A DNA stretch of 64,000 bases. It comes from Chrysomallon squamiferum. Its lineage: Eukaryota > Animalia > Mollusca. The notes under the pieces were generated by a model that worked only from the letters and a program-made list of their open reading frames with translations, was not told where the DNA came from and searched no databases. The translations under genes and the position numbers were made by a program. The stretch lies in assembly GCA_012295275.1 (NCBI GenBank), contig CM022668.1, positions 2,108,001 to 2,172,000 on the forward strand. Reading direction: 5' to 3'. Shown here one piece after another: positions 1 through 22,960 of this stretch; position 1 is the first letter of the stretch; every line of letters starts with the position of its first letter.

Positions 1-483
1 TTTCTCTCACTTTGTTTACATCTGTCTATAATCTATGTTTATCTATCTATCTATCACAATCTTTCCATCTACCCAATCTAAATAATAATAACATGAAGGA
101 GTCGTATAATTTTTTATCTCATGAGAAGATATTAAATTTAATAGTTCTGAGAAATATTTATATGAAAATTATGTCGAGCTATACAAAGCATGACGGTTCT
201 AATCACGATCAAACTTTGTAAATCACCAGTTTTACAGCTTTAGTCAACAGTTCCAGTGTCTACACTCGACTTCGCCCATAAACGCACAGCTGTAAATTAC
301 GTGTACTGCAACCTGTGAGCACGAACACCGCTGTCTGAGTAGGCGTGATCGAGTGAGCAGAAGAGATAAACTAGAAAGAGAGAAAGAAAGAAAGAAAGAA
401 AGAAAGAGGTGTAGAAAATGAAATTCTGGTAAATGTCTTGTACATTCGTACATGACTGTGTATGTATGTTGATATTACTGTAT

Positions 484-531
<48 letters not shown>

Positions 532-1040
532 ATACATAAGTGTATGTGGGTGTATGTAAATGTGTATAGATAAATGAATAAAGATGAAACTAGAAGAAGA
601 AGAGAAAGGGGGGGTGTTCTATTACAGTAATTATTCACTACGTGCTCAGCAATACTGAACACTATTAACAGACATCTCATTTTCCAACCCAGTGAATAAA
701 CTCAAAGATCAGTACATTTATCCTGCTTTAGTAGCACAAAGGAGATTTGTAAAGATAAATGTTAATAAATAAGCATTATATACAGTTTTTATTATGTACC
801 TACTAGGCAGATATAAACTCTGCAGTGTGGGAAAGGTCAGATATATATTATATATACGTTAGCAATCTGTTATTTCACACACTGACAACTAACTTTTAAT
901 ATTCAGTTTCTTAAAATGATTACAGTCGTTTTAATACTTTCTCTCTCTTTTAATGTATATATTCCTCTCTCTGCATATTTCTCTCTCTCTCCATCATTTT
1001 CTTTCGTCTTCTTTGCACATATTGTCCTCCTCTACCCCAT

Positions 1041-1115
<75 letters not shown>

Positions 1116-1135
1116 ATCTATCTCTCTCTATCTAA

Positions 1136-1166
<31 letters not shown>

Positions 1167-2158
1167 CCTCCCCCCTCCCTCTCTCTGTGGGTGTGTCTGT
1201 GTGTGTGCGTATGCCGTATCCTTATATATGTATAAATATATCTGTATTTGTGTCTGTGTGTACGAGGAAGTTTGAAATGAATAAATCATTAGTCCTGTAG
1301 TAAATTAATTATTCTTCAGAAATTCTCATTTTCCATTGCGTTCTACGTAACACGACATACTCTGTTACGTAATAATTTGATTTCGTGTGTTACGTCACTA
1401 CCGCATTGGTCGAAATGCGACGTATTCTGAGAAAATGATGAATCAAATTCGACATAGCCTGTCAGGTATAGACAAAGACGCACTGTATCACGTGACTGTA
1501 GCAGACTCGAGAAACAAAACAGTCTCTACGAAGTCTTACTTAGCGGTTTTAGGGATCTTATTCATTAATAATTTACTTATTTTATTTAATAACAGTTTAG
1601 TTATTTTATCCATTAGCAATTTAGTTGTTTTAGTTATTTTATTCAATAACAATTTAGTGATTTTTATATAATAGCAATTTAGTTAATTTATTCACAATTT
1701 ATTTTATTTTAGTTAATAACAGTTAAGTGATAATACACATTAACAATTTAGTGACGTTATTTTATACATTAACGATTTATTGACGTCATTTTACTCAATA
1801 TCAATTTACAGACGTTATTTTATTCAATAACAGTTTAGTGACGTTATTCAGCTAGAGGTTAGTGACGCATCTGAATAACAATAACAATTCAGTAATGGCA
1901 TTCACTAGTAGGTTAGTAAGGTTATTTAGCAACGATTTGATATGTTATCATAGTGTTTCGTTTCGTCACTAATTAAATTAGCTATCCAAGATTAATATAT
2001 TTTATTACAAATATGGAACACCGGCATGAACGGGAAACTGGGTCACACTACAGTTTTAGTCATTTTGGTTTACATACTTTCTGTTATTAGGAAAACAGGA
2101 TACTAAAATAAATTAAAATGATTAAAAGAGAGAGAAAAAAGAAGTACTGAATGAAAGA

Positions 2159-2190
<32 letters not shown>

Positions 2191-2224
2191 TAACAATAAC
2201 AATAACAATAATAATAACAATAAC

Positions 2225-2306
<82 letters not shown>

Positions 2307-3297
2307 GACTTATATAATGTGAATCAAATGTTTCAGGATGGTTAGGTTTTTTATTTAAATGTTTTAACAAATCAGAACGATTCTACATTCGTATTTCATT
2401 TGTGTCGGTTATGTAATGCTTCTTGTGTCTATACATTTGTTATCTCTTTAGTGACAAAAGAATGTAATCCGATGAATAAACATAATTATCTCCCCTCGGT
2501 TAATGGCCGGAAGTATAGCATGAAATGAAGTGAACGTGATCTAAACTGAGATAAAGCTGTTTCGTGCGTTTAGCTTAGTAAAGTGCAGATTATTTCATTT
2601 TACCCTTTCGGCTCGCAGGCAAACAGTAACGGAGGTGTTTTTCTCAAGTTGTGTAATGGATTCTTATCAGTCTAGATTGTTACGTCATTAAGTTATCTCC
2701 AACGACGTCACACTAATCTACATGCATATTATTTATTTTTATAAATTTAATTTTATGTATTATCAATAACAATTTTATATTTGTCTTTGCTGCTGCTATA
2801 ATTACTATTAGTACTACTACAACAACTACTGCTACTACTGCTACTGCTGCTACTACTACAACTGATTATTATTATTGATGTTGTTGTTTTTATTATCCTC
2901 ATCATAATCATTATTATTAATAAACTGAGGTGTTAATGCAGTGAAATAGTTTGGTATAAAAGATTTATTAATTTTTTACTTTTTTTAATATTTTAAATAT
3001 GTTTTATAGTCATAAAGCAAAATCTTCCTTCTTGCTAATCGTAAGTATGACCCATAGAGAGTTCTTCTCTCGTGTTATAAAAATATATACTTATATTTAA
3101 CACATAGACACAGACACACAGACCCATGTATATACGAAAACCAACATAAACTCACAATCACAAAAACACACTAACCCACTCACAAAAGCACGTATAGAAA
3201 CATATACAGTCACACAAACATGTATATACATACACCAACACAAACATATGGATGATACAAACACCAACACTCAAAGATATAAGTCACACTAACACAT

Positions 3298-3337
<40 letters not shown>

Positions 3338-4119
3338 ATAACGGTTTACATAAACTCATAACGGTGGATGGATTTATAATATAAATAAAATTCTACACTG
3401 CATATTTCTCAAAACATTGCCTTGAAAAAAAAAAAAAATGAAAAAAAAAAAGATAAGAACGCTGACATGTGTAACGAAGAGAGTGTAAGGGATTATGTTT
3501 TCTAAATATAGAGACCATTTATCATTGTCTGTTTATCACTGCCTGCACGGCAGGAGAAACACACTCGTCCACACGACTGCCAGTCTGCTTTGTAGTGCTC
3601 TGTAAATGTTGGAGGAAATAATCGAGGAACAACATGACGGTTTTGAGCATGGATTTGTGTCTCCTCGATACGTCATTACAAACAAAGATTTAGCAGAAGA
3701 ACGTCAGTGTTAAAAGCGATAATATAAATATATATATTTAATAAAAATAATAATTTGCTATGTTTTCTGTAAAGTATGTAATATACGTAAAACTGAAAAG
3801 AAGAACGAAAGAAGAGATGTAGATGAATGTAAATTAGTTTCTTATATTCATTTTCTTCTCAACACTGTTCATAACGTAATCCATATATTTACATTTTAGA
3901 AACACATTTCTTTTAGTTAACATTTCTGGCATTTCATTGTTTGTTTGTTTGTTTGTTTTGTTTTGTTTTGTTTTGTTTTGTTTCTGACAGTGTTAATGTG
4001 GTCACTAAAGGGTTAAAGGGTTCAGAACTGAATGATGTGTCATGACTGTAGTACAGAAGAAGGTAAGGAATAGCAGTATCTATTGTTCAACCTTTTCTTT
4101 ATTGCTGTTGTTGATGTTT

Positions 4120-4153
<34 letters not shown>

Positions 4154-4444
4154 TTTACTATTATCACCACCATCATCATCATTGTCATTATCATGATCGT
4201 CATGATTTATTTATTTATTTATTTATTATTTTATGTATCTAGGATAATCCAGATTTGGAACATGATTAACAATACTGATAATCAACGGAGAGAATGTGAA
4301 ATGTGATACTGATAAGATTTCACTGTCCACTGTGTTAATTAGACGTGTCAGGTTACTTTGTCTTTCATCTGATACCTGTTCATTGTACACGTGTAAAGGC
4401 ATACAGATTTAACTGTGTCAAATGTTTACAGTTGCACCTGGGTT

Positions 4445-4645
4445 CAGGTGTAATTGTATACAAGTGTACCTGTGTTTAGATTAAACTGTGTACAGGTGTA
4501 ATTGTATACAGGTGTACCTGTGTTTAGATTAAACTGTGTACAGGTGTAATTGTATACAGGTGTACCTGTGTTTAGATTAAACTGTGTACAGGTGTAATTG
4601 TATACAGGTGTACCTGTGTTTAGATTAAACTGTGTACAGGTGTAA
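4445..4645. repeat. 48-bp minisatellite, ~4 copies
   Basis: Unit caggtgtaattgtatacaggtgtacctgtgtttagattaaactgtgta starts at 4445, 4493, 4541 and 4589, with a partial copy at 4637. Confidence 0.95.
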
Positions 4646-5322
4646 CAATGTGCAGTCAGCCTGACTTGATGAATGACTTTTTAGCTTAAATCTCCTGCAC
4701 GTAAAGTTTGAAATACAGAAAAGAATGAATGAAGAATATAAATATTACGTGGCTGTTAAAAAACCCCTAAATATACACACATAAACAAATTTATTCAGTT
4801 CATATCGTTTCTATTGGGACAGAATTTTTTATTTTATATTTTTTAAATAAACATTTTATATAAAACGTTTTTTAAAAAATCAACCTAAAACAAATCGTCA
4901 ATTTTTGTATGCCTCAATGTACTTAGGGCTATTCTATGATATTCTATGATATATATATATATACACACACATCTACATTTCATCATTATTATATACCTGT
5001 GTGTGTGTACTTGACTAAAATACTTTTTTTTACATATTTTGTTTATTTAGTTATTCATTTAATTAGTTAAGTATTTAGTTAGTTAGTTAGTAAGTTAGTT
5101 ATTATAATCATGTATTTTGTGTATGTTTCTACGTCTGTTTACTAATTGTACTCATCTGTGTGTAAGGGTATTTCTCTTCTTTTTTTTTTTTTTTTTTTTT
5201 TTTTTTCTAATAATATTTTATTGTAAGTATTCATCAAATACACTGCAAATAGCCTGAACAAAACAAGAACAGTCTGGCTTTGTTCTGCTGTGTTTACGCT
5301 CACACTGCAGGTAGACACGTAC

Positions 5323-5421
5323 CTGTAATTCAAACTGACAGGTGATGACGGAAGGTAACGCGTCACTAACAGTTTTAATAACGCTGTCCTCGGGCACTTC
5401 TCTCTCTGAGAAACTCGCCAT
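5323..5421 (-). CDS. Probable first coding exon of an unidentified gene running leftwards
   Basis: AAAATGGCG start context, then 33 open codons (MASFSEREVPEDSVIKTVSDALPSVITCQFELQ) ending at a donor CAG|GTACGT. The region is locally CpG-richer and has an E-box ~80 bp upstream. No downstream exon was identified. Confidence 0.5.
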
Positions 5422-5502
5422 TTTATCTGCGCTGACAACATTAAAAACACCGCACGACAGTCAGTAAAAGCGAGTTGATTACCCTGGACATCCGGGTGTC
5501 GG

Positions 5503-5512
5503 GTCACGTGAC
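5503..5512. promoter_or_regulatory. Palindromic E-box GTCACGTGAC (USF/MiT-TFE CLEAR-type motif)
   Basis: Exact 10-bp palindrome just upstream of the ATG at 5421 (minus strand). Confidence 0.5.
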
Positions 5513-5723
5513 AGGCTCGTAAAAGAATCTACCCATATGTCCAAGTGTTGTGTGTGTAGTAAAGTTTAGACACTTTTATTACAAAATAATTTCCACTGCG
5601 GCTCTGGGGACTGTGCGTCCAGCAACTTCGCTGTTTGTATTTAAATTTTAGTACAGCGCTCGTTCACACTGAAAATCTTTTACAAAAACTGAAGCACACT
5701 TCATACACTCAAATCTCAACAAA

Positions 5724-5758
<35 letters not shown>

Positions 5759-5851
5759 AATAATAAACAAACAACTGAATAAATAAATAAACCAATAACA
5801 AACAAATTTGAAATTGTTTAGTCCGGCACTACCCGATTACTGATAATACGC

Positions 5852-6130
5852 CAGAATACAGACAATATCAGGATACAGACAATATCAGAATACAGACAAT
5901 ATCAGGATATCAGAATACACAGACAATATCAGGATACAGACAATATCAGAATACAGACAATATCAGAATACAGACAATATCAGGATACAGACAATATCAG
6001 AATACAGACAATATCAGGATACAGACAATATCAGAATACAGACAATATCAGGATGCAGACAATATCAGGATACAGACAATATCAGGATACAGAAAATGAC
6101 AGGATATGGACAATGTCAGGATACAGACAT
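5852..6130. repeat. 17-bp minisatellite, ~16 copies
   Basis: Unit cag(a/g)atacagacaatat; the A and G variants often alternate. Confidence 0.95.
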
Positions 6131-6250
6131 TGCCGTGTTACAACAATGACACAATAAAGACTATGCCGCATGTGATAGGTGAGACTGAAAACTCCTCAGT
6201 AAACTTGTAACAAACCATTACACTAACGAGATCGCTGTTGTGATAGGTAG

Positions 6251-6281
<31 letters not shown>

Positions 6282-6324
6282 GTTATTATTATTATTGTTA
6301 TTATTATTGTTATTATTATTGTTG

Positions 6325-6390
<66 letters not shown>

Positions 6391-7894
6391 GTTATTGTTA
6401 TTATTATTGTTATTACTATTGTTATTGTTATTGTTATTGTTATTATTGATGTTAGCGTACACGGAACGACGGACAGACAAATGGACACTAAAAACAAATT
6501 AACCACGACGAGGTTAAATTCGAGCTTTTGTCAAAGCGACGCATTAACAAAAACAGAATCACAGAAAATAAACGAATAAGCAAAATTACTAGCAAGCCCT
6601 CTGAGTTAATAAACTTAGCTTGAGAAAGTAAAACACTTGTGAAAAGACGATTCTCTCACGCCAGGGAGAGGTCGTGTAAACACACGTCTCACAATAAACA
6701 CACGTCTCACAATAAACACGGCTAACTCGTCACTAACAAAAGAACTATAAAAAGTACTGGGGCAGCTTTTCGTAAAGAGAAAATAATATTCTCTACATAA
6801 CTGATTATAATTCACTTCATCGACATCGTGTGAATGTTTACGACTCAGATTTATCGGTGCAGGGATAACTGGGCAATGAAAAGACATGTGAATTGGTAAC
6901 TGCTATTTGTCCGGCAGTCGTGTGAACGGTTACTAAAAATAACGATGTGAACGACAGTTTTTCTCATATAATGGCGACAGAACGTTTTGTTGTGTTTGCC
7001 TTGTTTAGTGACAACAAAAGTTGTCTTTTTTTTTTTTTTTTTTTTTTTTTTTACCACGTTTTACCTACCATCATCATACTCAGGTACTTAATGTGTATTG
7101 TCCCTGCCTTCCTTCATTCCTTCCTTTGTTCCTACTATCCGTCCTTCTTTATTAATTCTGTCACATCTTTTTACCACTACTATCATTCTGAAGCTTTATC
7201 ACTATTATCGTATTGAAATACGTATTTCATATGTATTATTCCTTATTCAGTCTTTCCTTCCTTTATTCTTTAGGGTTTTTTCCGATCTGTGCTGATAAGA
7301 ACTAGGTGTATAATTAATTTCGTTTTACTTTTTTCTCTGACCGTAATTTTATCTGTTAATGTTACCCTAAAGAAATCTTACGTACATCCTACATACACAT
7401 ACACGGACACGATCACACGGACACACACTCACACTATATGTATATATATTTCCTAGGGTCTATGACATTAAGGTTGTGACAGGCACATTGAGGTATACAA
7501 TCTTAATCAATTATTTGACTTGATATTTACACGTAAAAATATCTTCAACACCAATCTGCCAATTCATTCCTCGTCAAAAGATCGAATGAATACAAACAGC
7601 AATGCTTTTTCACTCATATCTCAGCCTACTTACAGACACAGTCACGTGTTCTTGAATGGAAAGAAGAAACCCGCCAACGCCTCAGAATGGACTGTTGTTA
7701 CTGGTTAGCATGCAGCACAACAGCTTTTAAAACACCTAAAAATCTCGACCCCTGAAATATTAGAAATGGGGGTGGGAGAAAGTAGGACACGGTGTCAAGT
7801 TCTGCATTTTTATTTAGCAAGTAAAAAAACTGTTTTATTTGCTTATTTCTGTGTCAGTGAAGACTTGGCATGAATACGTGTTAATGAACTATAA

Positions 7895-9490
7895 ACTGTA
7901 AATACAGATAGAAATACAGACTACTAGTAAATACAGATAGAAATATAGACTACTAGTAAATACAGATAGAAGAAAAACACACTACTAGTAAATACAGATA
8001 GAAATATAGACTGTAGTAGAGAAAAAACACACTACTAGTAAATACAGATAGAATAGAGACTGTAAAATACAGATAGAAATATAGAAATATAGACTACTAG
8101 TAAATACAGATAGAAATATAGACTGTAGTAAATACAGATAGAAGAAAAACACACTACTAGTAAATACAGATAGAAATATAGACTGTAGTAAATACAGATA
8201 GAAATATAGACTGTAGTAAATACAGATAGAAATATAGACTACTAGTAAATACAGATAGAAATATAGACTAGTAAATACAGATAGAAATATAGACTGTAGT
8301 AAATACAGATAGAAATATAGACTACTAGTAAATACAGATAGAAATATAGACTATTAGTAAATACAGATAGAAATATAGACTGTAGTAAATACAGATAGAA
8401 ATATAGACTACTAGTAAATACAGATAGAAATATAGACTACTAGTAAATACAGATAGAAATATAGACTACTAGTAAATACAGATAGAAATATAGACTACTA
8501 GTAAATACAGATAGAAATATAGACTGTAGTAAATACAGATACAAATATAGACTACTAGTAAATACAGATAGAAATATAGACTGTAGTAAATACAGATACA
8601 AATATAGACTACTAGTAAATACAGATAGAAATATAGACTACTAGTAAATACAGATAGAAATATAGACTGTAGTTAATACAGATAGAAATATAGACTACTA
8701 GTAAATACAGATAGAAATATAGACTGTAGTAAATACAGATAGAAATATAGACTACTAGTAAATACAGATAGAAATACAGACTACTAGTAAATACAGATAG
8801 AAATATAGACTACTAGTAAATACAGATAGAAATATAGACTGTAGTAAATACAGATAGAAATATAGACTGTAGTAAATACAGATAGAAATATAGACTACTA
8901 GTAAATACAGATAGAAATATAGACTGTAGTAAATACAGATACAAATATAGACTACTAGTAAATACAAATAGAAATATAGACTACTAGTAAATACAGATAG
9001 AAATATAGACTACTAGTAAATACAGATAGAAATATAGACTACTAGTAAATACAGATAGAAATATAGACTACTAGTAAATACAGATAGAAATACAGACTAC
9101 TAGTAAATACAGATAGAAATATAGACTACTAGTAAATACAGATAGAAATATAGACTGTAGTTAATACAGATAGAAATATAGACTACTAGTAAATACAGAT
9201 AGAAATACAGACTACTAGTAAATACAGATAGAAATACAGACTACTAGTAAATACAGATGGAAATATAGACTACTAGTAAATACAGATAGAAATATAGACT
9301 GTAGTAAATACAGATACAAATATAGACTACTAGTAAATACAGGTACAAATATAGACTACTAGTAAATAGAGATACAAATATAGACTGTAAATACAGATAC
9401 AAATATAGACTGTAGTTAATACAGAGAGAAATACAGACTACTAGTAAATACAGATGGAAATACAGACTGTAGTAAATACAGATGGACACA
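7895..9490. repeat. 28/29-bp minisatellite, ~55 copies
   Basis: Interspersed units tagtaaatacagatagaaatatagactac (29 bp) and tagtaaatacagatagaaatatagactg (28 bp). Confidence 0.97.
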
Positions 9491-9675
9491 GACTTCACTG
9501 TGAGTTATTATCTCAGTCGACTGAATCTAATAATCATCTCGACCCGGTCCTTGGGTTAAAGCTGAATAAATATTTTTGAATCTTGGTGCTTTGCCAAATG
9601 GAGAAAACGGTTGTAAGAATGCAAATCCGTCGTTAGGATCTGTCTCACTCGATATGCCCCTCCCTCCATTTTTAT

Positions 9676-9766
<91 letters not shown>

Positions 9767-10777
9767 CTGTCTGTCTGTCTATCTATCTATCTATATATCC
9801 ATCTATCTATCTTTTTTTTTTTTTTTTTTTTTTTTTTGGTTATTGCTGTTGTTGCTTCTTTTTATTTTGTTTTTTGGCTGTCAATGTTTTTATTTATTTT
9901 TTATCCATGACGAAACTCCACTGATGATGAGAGTTAATTGACGTATTTCACGTTTAATCTTAGATTCGACTTTGCACTAGAACATACTTTGATTTGATTT
10001 TGACTTCTGAGAGAAACTGTCATTACTCTCTTGAATTCTTTTGAACTGTTACAAATCTTTGTAAGCAGACAGTTTACGTAACTAGTGTCAGGATGTTGCT
10101 GTTTGAGATGTCGGTGTTAAAGGCAGATGGGGACAGACAGCAACGCTGATGCTGACGTCGTTGCACGACACAGTGATGTCGTTGTATGACGCTTGGTGTA
10201 ACTGGAATGTTGCTGAAACATTCTACAGATAAATGTGATCATTTCTAATATTATTCTTGTTCTTGTTGCTAATATTACGATATTATTCTTTTTATTGCTA
10301 TTACTATTTTTATTGCTATTACTATTTTTATTTTATAATAAAAATAAAAACAGCGCTAACGAAAAGAATACGAAGAACTAGAAGAAGAAAAAAGAGAAAC
10401 AAAAACGTTGAAAGGACAAGAACAAAAAAAATAGAATGGACAAGAAAGTTATTTCAGCCAGAACTTGCATTTAACATAAGACATAATTTCATTGAAATAT
10501 AGTAACATTATGTAAAATGTATTTAAAAAACAACAACATACAAAACAAAACAAATACAAAAAGACTGAAAAGGGATAAGAAACTGATATAATTGCATCAA
10601 GTGGGGAGAGATCCATGTTTTCACAATAAACAAGCAAAGAAAGATTATCTTCGTGTCGAATATAACTTCCGAAATAAAATTAATTTTCTCTCAGTTTACA
10701 TAATATTAACACCAACTTACTTTCATTATTCAACTTTTAAAAGCAACATCATTGTAACAACAACAACAACAACATCA

Positions 10778-10820
<43 letters not shown>

Positions 10821-11431
10821 TTGTCGTCGTTTTATCATTATTATTGTCGTTATCGTTGTTGTAATAATATTAAAAAATTTCACAAACATTCAAATAATAA
10901 TTAAATATATCAAAACAAACATATATATATACTCTCTATGTCCTTTTAAAAATAACTAAATAAACAACTAAATAAATAAACGTGTTAATTTCAAGTATAC
11001 TGAAATGAATTAAACTACGACATAAATAACACTACTTACATGTCTATCATAACAACACCAGCGACGGTGTCATTTCACACGGTTCTGGCACGACGTAGTA
11101 TATCCACCTCACACATGAACGAACCACACGAGTCTTACACCGTCGACTGCAGTGACTTAAACTACGGTGACGGCGCTGTTCACATCAAAGGCCACTGAAG
11201 AGACAGGTAAAGAGGTCACAACGTCTTGTTGAATTAGATTACTCGAGAGGCCTGGTTAGGGCAAAGCACATTCCACGTTTTATCCAGTGTTAATAGCCGA
11301 CAAAATGAACAAGTATGGAGGCCTTGTATAGGATAACGAAAATAAATTATGGTAAAATAATACACTGAAATAAATACGACCTGAGTTCATTAATACGGAC
11401 ATATGTATACCAGTTTATGATGATGAGGAGG

Positions 11432-11465
<34 letters not shown>

Positions 11466-11670
11466 AAAACAGTAAGAAACTAAATACACATTTAAACGAG
11501 AAAGAGAAAGGGAAAACGGATAAATTGATTCTTTCTTCTCTCTCTCTCTCACACACACGCACACACATTTTCTCTCTCTCGTTCTCTCTGTATTGTATGT
11601 CAATGTGTGTATTTATTATTTGTCAAGTCTACTAAACAAATACATGAACTGAAGGTGATCATCTTCTCAC

Positions 11671-11900
11671 CTTTGTGTTTGATAGTTGTATCAGGTAACC
11701 ACAGCGAGGCTAGAATTCACTGATTGTTCTTCTACTATCAGTAATTACCACCAGAGAGCGCTTTGTCCAGCAGAAGTGACCGTCCCCTTTGTCCAGTCAT
11801 AGTGACCGCCCCCTTTGTCCAGTCACGTGGACATTTCATCTTGAACGTGTTAAAGTAACTCAGAGATTAGTTGTACAAATCTGACACCGCCATTTTAGCT
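11671..11900 (-). other. Possible non-coding first exon / promoter, divergent from DUF4470-MYND copy 1
   Basis: GC-richer island with a YY1-like CCGCCATTTT (~11887-11896), an E-box GTCACGTG (11822) and a minus-strand donor AAG|GTGAGA at 11671. ATGs inside it meet stops quickly. Confidence 0.3.
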
Positions 11901-11984
11901 TGTTTACAACTCGTCTGCAGGGCGCGGCAATATTTGTTTTAGACACACCCTTCTTCTCCCCTCACCCGTCCACTTAAATATCAA

Positions 11985-12193
11985 ATACACACACACACAT
12001 CCATACACATATACATACACACATACATACATACATACATACACACACACATACATACATACATACACACATACATACATACATACATATACACACATAC
12101 ATACACACACACATATATACACACACATATACATACACACACATACATACACACACATACACACACACACACATACATACATACATTTACACA

Positions 12194-12227
<34 letters not shown>

Positions 12228-12310
12228 CATACATACATACATACATACACATACATACATACATACATATACATACACACATACATACATTGTACACACA
12301 TACATACACA
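11985..12310. repeat. (CATA)n/(CA)n compound microsatellite
   Basis: Read directly; it explains the spurious MYVC-type ORFs. Confidence 0.95.
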
Positions 12311-12592
12311 CATATATACATTCTATGTTATATCATTCATACACACATACATAAATACATATGGGTGTCACATACATACTTGCATTCACACGCTCACTCA
12401 TCATACACACGGCATACTGACATACATACACACACATACATACATAATATATACATTGGACATTTGTCATTCATACATTCAGATATACATTCCCGAATAT
12501 ATACATATGTACATACAGTCACACAACACACATTAATAAACAACCTTGAGATATTCATCAATTAAGGTCCCAACACAAACACACACACATAT

Positions 12593-12634
<42 letters not shown>

Positions 12635-12895
12635 ACACACAATATACACACAGATACATACATATTATTGATCATCATCATTTTACGGTTTTCATTTTAA
12701 ATTATAATGGAGAGTAATTGTAGATAAAAATATTCTGTAAATAAAATTTATTTACTTTTTACCCAAAACTACTCATTATTCGTAAACAACTGCTTGGCTG
12801 AGTTTCTCAGTAATATGAAAACCTGTCACACTAATCAGAGATCAGTAACAAGAGAACACTCGATAGTGTGGGAACGTCCTAGATCTACACACCCT

Positions 12896-13079
12896 GTCAC
12901 GTGATTATAATCCACATATTTTTCTGATCAATAGAAGTTCAACATACCCATTCACCTCACCCATTATAATCCACCCATTTTTCTTGGAAATTCAAAATCT
13001 TTCTTTCGATATCGCTTTGCGTAGTTTGTTACGTCGTGTCGCTAAATCTGGAGACGTGAAGACTCGAACCTGCAGCAAG
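12896..13079 (+). promoter_or_regulatory. Core promoter and non-coding exon 1 of DUF4470-MYND copy 1
   Basis: GTCACGTGAT followed by TATAAT, and a donor AAG|GTAAGT at 13079/13080. The same block precedes copy 2 (38195-38320, 38781-39900) and copy 3 (58489-58613). Confidence 0.65.
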
Positions 13080-13612
13080 GTAAGTTACCTGTTAATTAAT
13101 TATTTTGTAGTCTTCGTGAAAAAATCATTTTTATAATTTCATTTCTCGTTAGGCATAAAAGTAAGACAAAAATGAATTGTAGTCTTTACTAAATTTTGAG
13201 AACTGATCCACGAAAGTATTCGAATATATACATATATAAAATACATACATACATACATACATACATACATACATACATACATACATACATACATACATAC
13301 ATACATACACATACATACATACATACATACATATACTCCTAGGTACATGTGTAATTACGTACACATACATGCACATAAATAAGAATAAAGATCCATTAAA
13401 TGCACATAAAGAGACAAGTACGAAAACATGCATACATGTACATACATGTACAAAACACATATAGACATATATGAGCTGTTTGGTATTACACAAATACGCA
13501 CAGACATTTCAATACACTTCTATTTTCACTTTGAATTCTTCGAATTTCTTGATAATGATTTAATATAAATTTCACTTTCAGTCTCGCTATCACAGTAAGA
13601 TAAAAAGAAAAC

Positions 13613-21368
<7,756 letters not shown>

Positions 21369-21377
<9 letters not shown>

Positions 21378-21830
21378 CTGTGAAAATGTAAACTATTCAT
21401 CTTAACTGTGAAAATGTAAACTATTCATCTTAACTGTGAAAATGTAAACTATTCATCTTAACTGTGAAAATGTAAACTATTCATCTTAACTGTGAAAATG
21501 TAAACTATTCATCTTAACTGTGAAAATATAACTATTCATCTTAACTGTGAAAGTGTAAACTTTGATCTTAACTGTTAAAATGTAAACTTTGATCTTAACT
21601 GTGAAAATGTAAATTATTCATCTTAACTGTGAAAATGTAAACTATTCATCTTAACTGTGAAAATGTAAACTATTCATCTTAACTGTGAAAAATTAACACA
21701 TTGAAAATTAACTTTTAACTGTGAAAATGTAAACTATTCATCTTAATTGTGAAAATGTAAACGTTTATTAACTTTATTTTAACTGTGAAAATGTAAAATA
21801 ACTGTGAAATGTAAAGAATTTAACTGTGAA
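21369..21830 (+). repeat. 28-bp 3'UTR minisatellite starting at the stop codon of copy 1
   Basis: Unit tcatcttaactgtgaaaatgtaaactat; the first unit contains the terminal codons TCA TCT TAA. Confidence 0.9.
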
Positions 21831-22479
21831 ATGTAAATATTTTTTTTGGTGTATGTTTATTCACATTAACACATTTCTGTTTATAAATAAGAATTTATTT
21901 TATCTTTTATCAATTTTGTTTTTAAACATTCCATTTTTGTTTTTTCTTTTTTGACACCATGTCCCACAAAATTTGATCTTAATTGTTTTATAAAACTTTG
22001 ATCTTAATTTGAAAATGTAAACTATTTATAATTTTTTAAAAAATTTTCATTTTAACTTTTGACAGTGTTTTATTATAGTGAAAAAAATGTGTTTATGTAA
22101 CATTAACAATTTATCATTGTTACTTTTTACAATATTTTATGTATTTTTCCTAGTTTATTTCAATTTTATTTTTAAAAAAAAAAAATTTTCTTTTTATTTC
22201 ATTAAACTTTTTTTATAAATAAAAACATCTTGAATATCTTTTTCACTGAATTTAGAGGTATGAGTAACAAAATGCTCAACGTTCTATTTCCAAAACTATT
22301 TTTTATTTTATTAAAGTAAGTTATCATGTGAATTGTTTATTTAGTCTAAATATTTTAATTGTTTCAGTAATACAGGAGATGACCACTTTGTCCACAGTAA
22401 AACTGTAATGTTCTTGTTTTATGTGTAATTATTTATCAGTTGACTATTATTGCATATGTTTTATATATTTAAACAAATA

Positions 22480-22894
22480 AACCAATGCTATTTGTTTTGT
22501 TATCTTTACAGGGTTGTATTTTTATTTTGTCAGTTTTGTTCAGCTGGTTTGTAAACAGTCCACTGTTGCCAGGTACAGAGTTATCTTCCCTGCACTTATC
22601 TCTTTCTCTTAGCTGTTTGTTGCCATGGAGAACATGTACTAGGACGGATCCACTCTGTATACCTTTCCAGAAATAAAACATAAATAAAGTTACCTAAGTT
22701 GACAATATGTAAATTAATTTTGAAAAGTAAATATATTCCATTTGTTTATTTTTTCCCTCCATCATTTAAAACTTAAGTGATTGTTATTTTTATTATTATT
22801 ACTGTTCTTCTTGTTGTTATCATTATGACTGTTGTATTTGTTATTGTTTATTTATTTATTTATTTATTGAGATGAAAATTTTCCTTTAACAATA

Positions 22895-22960
<66 letters not shown>

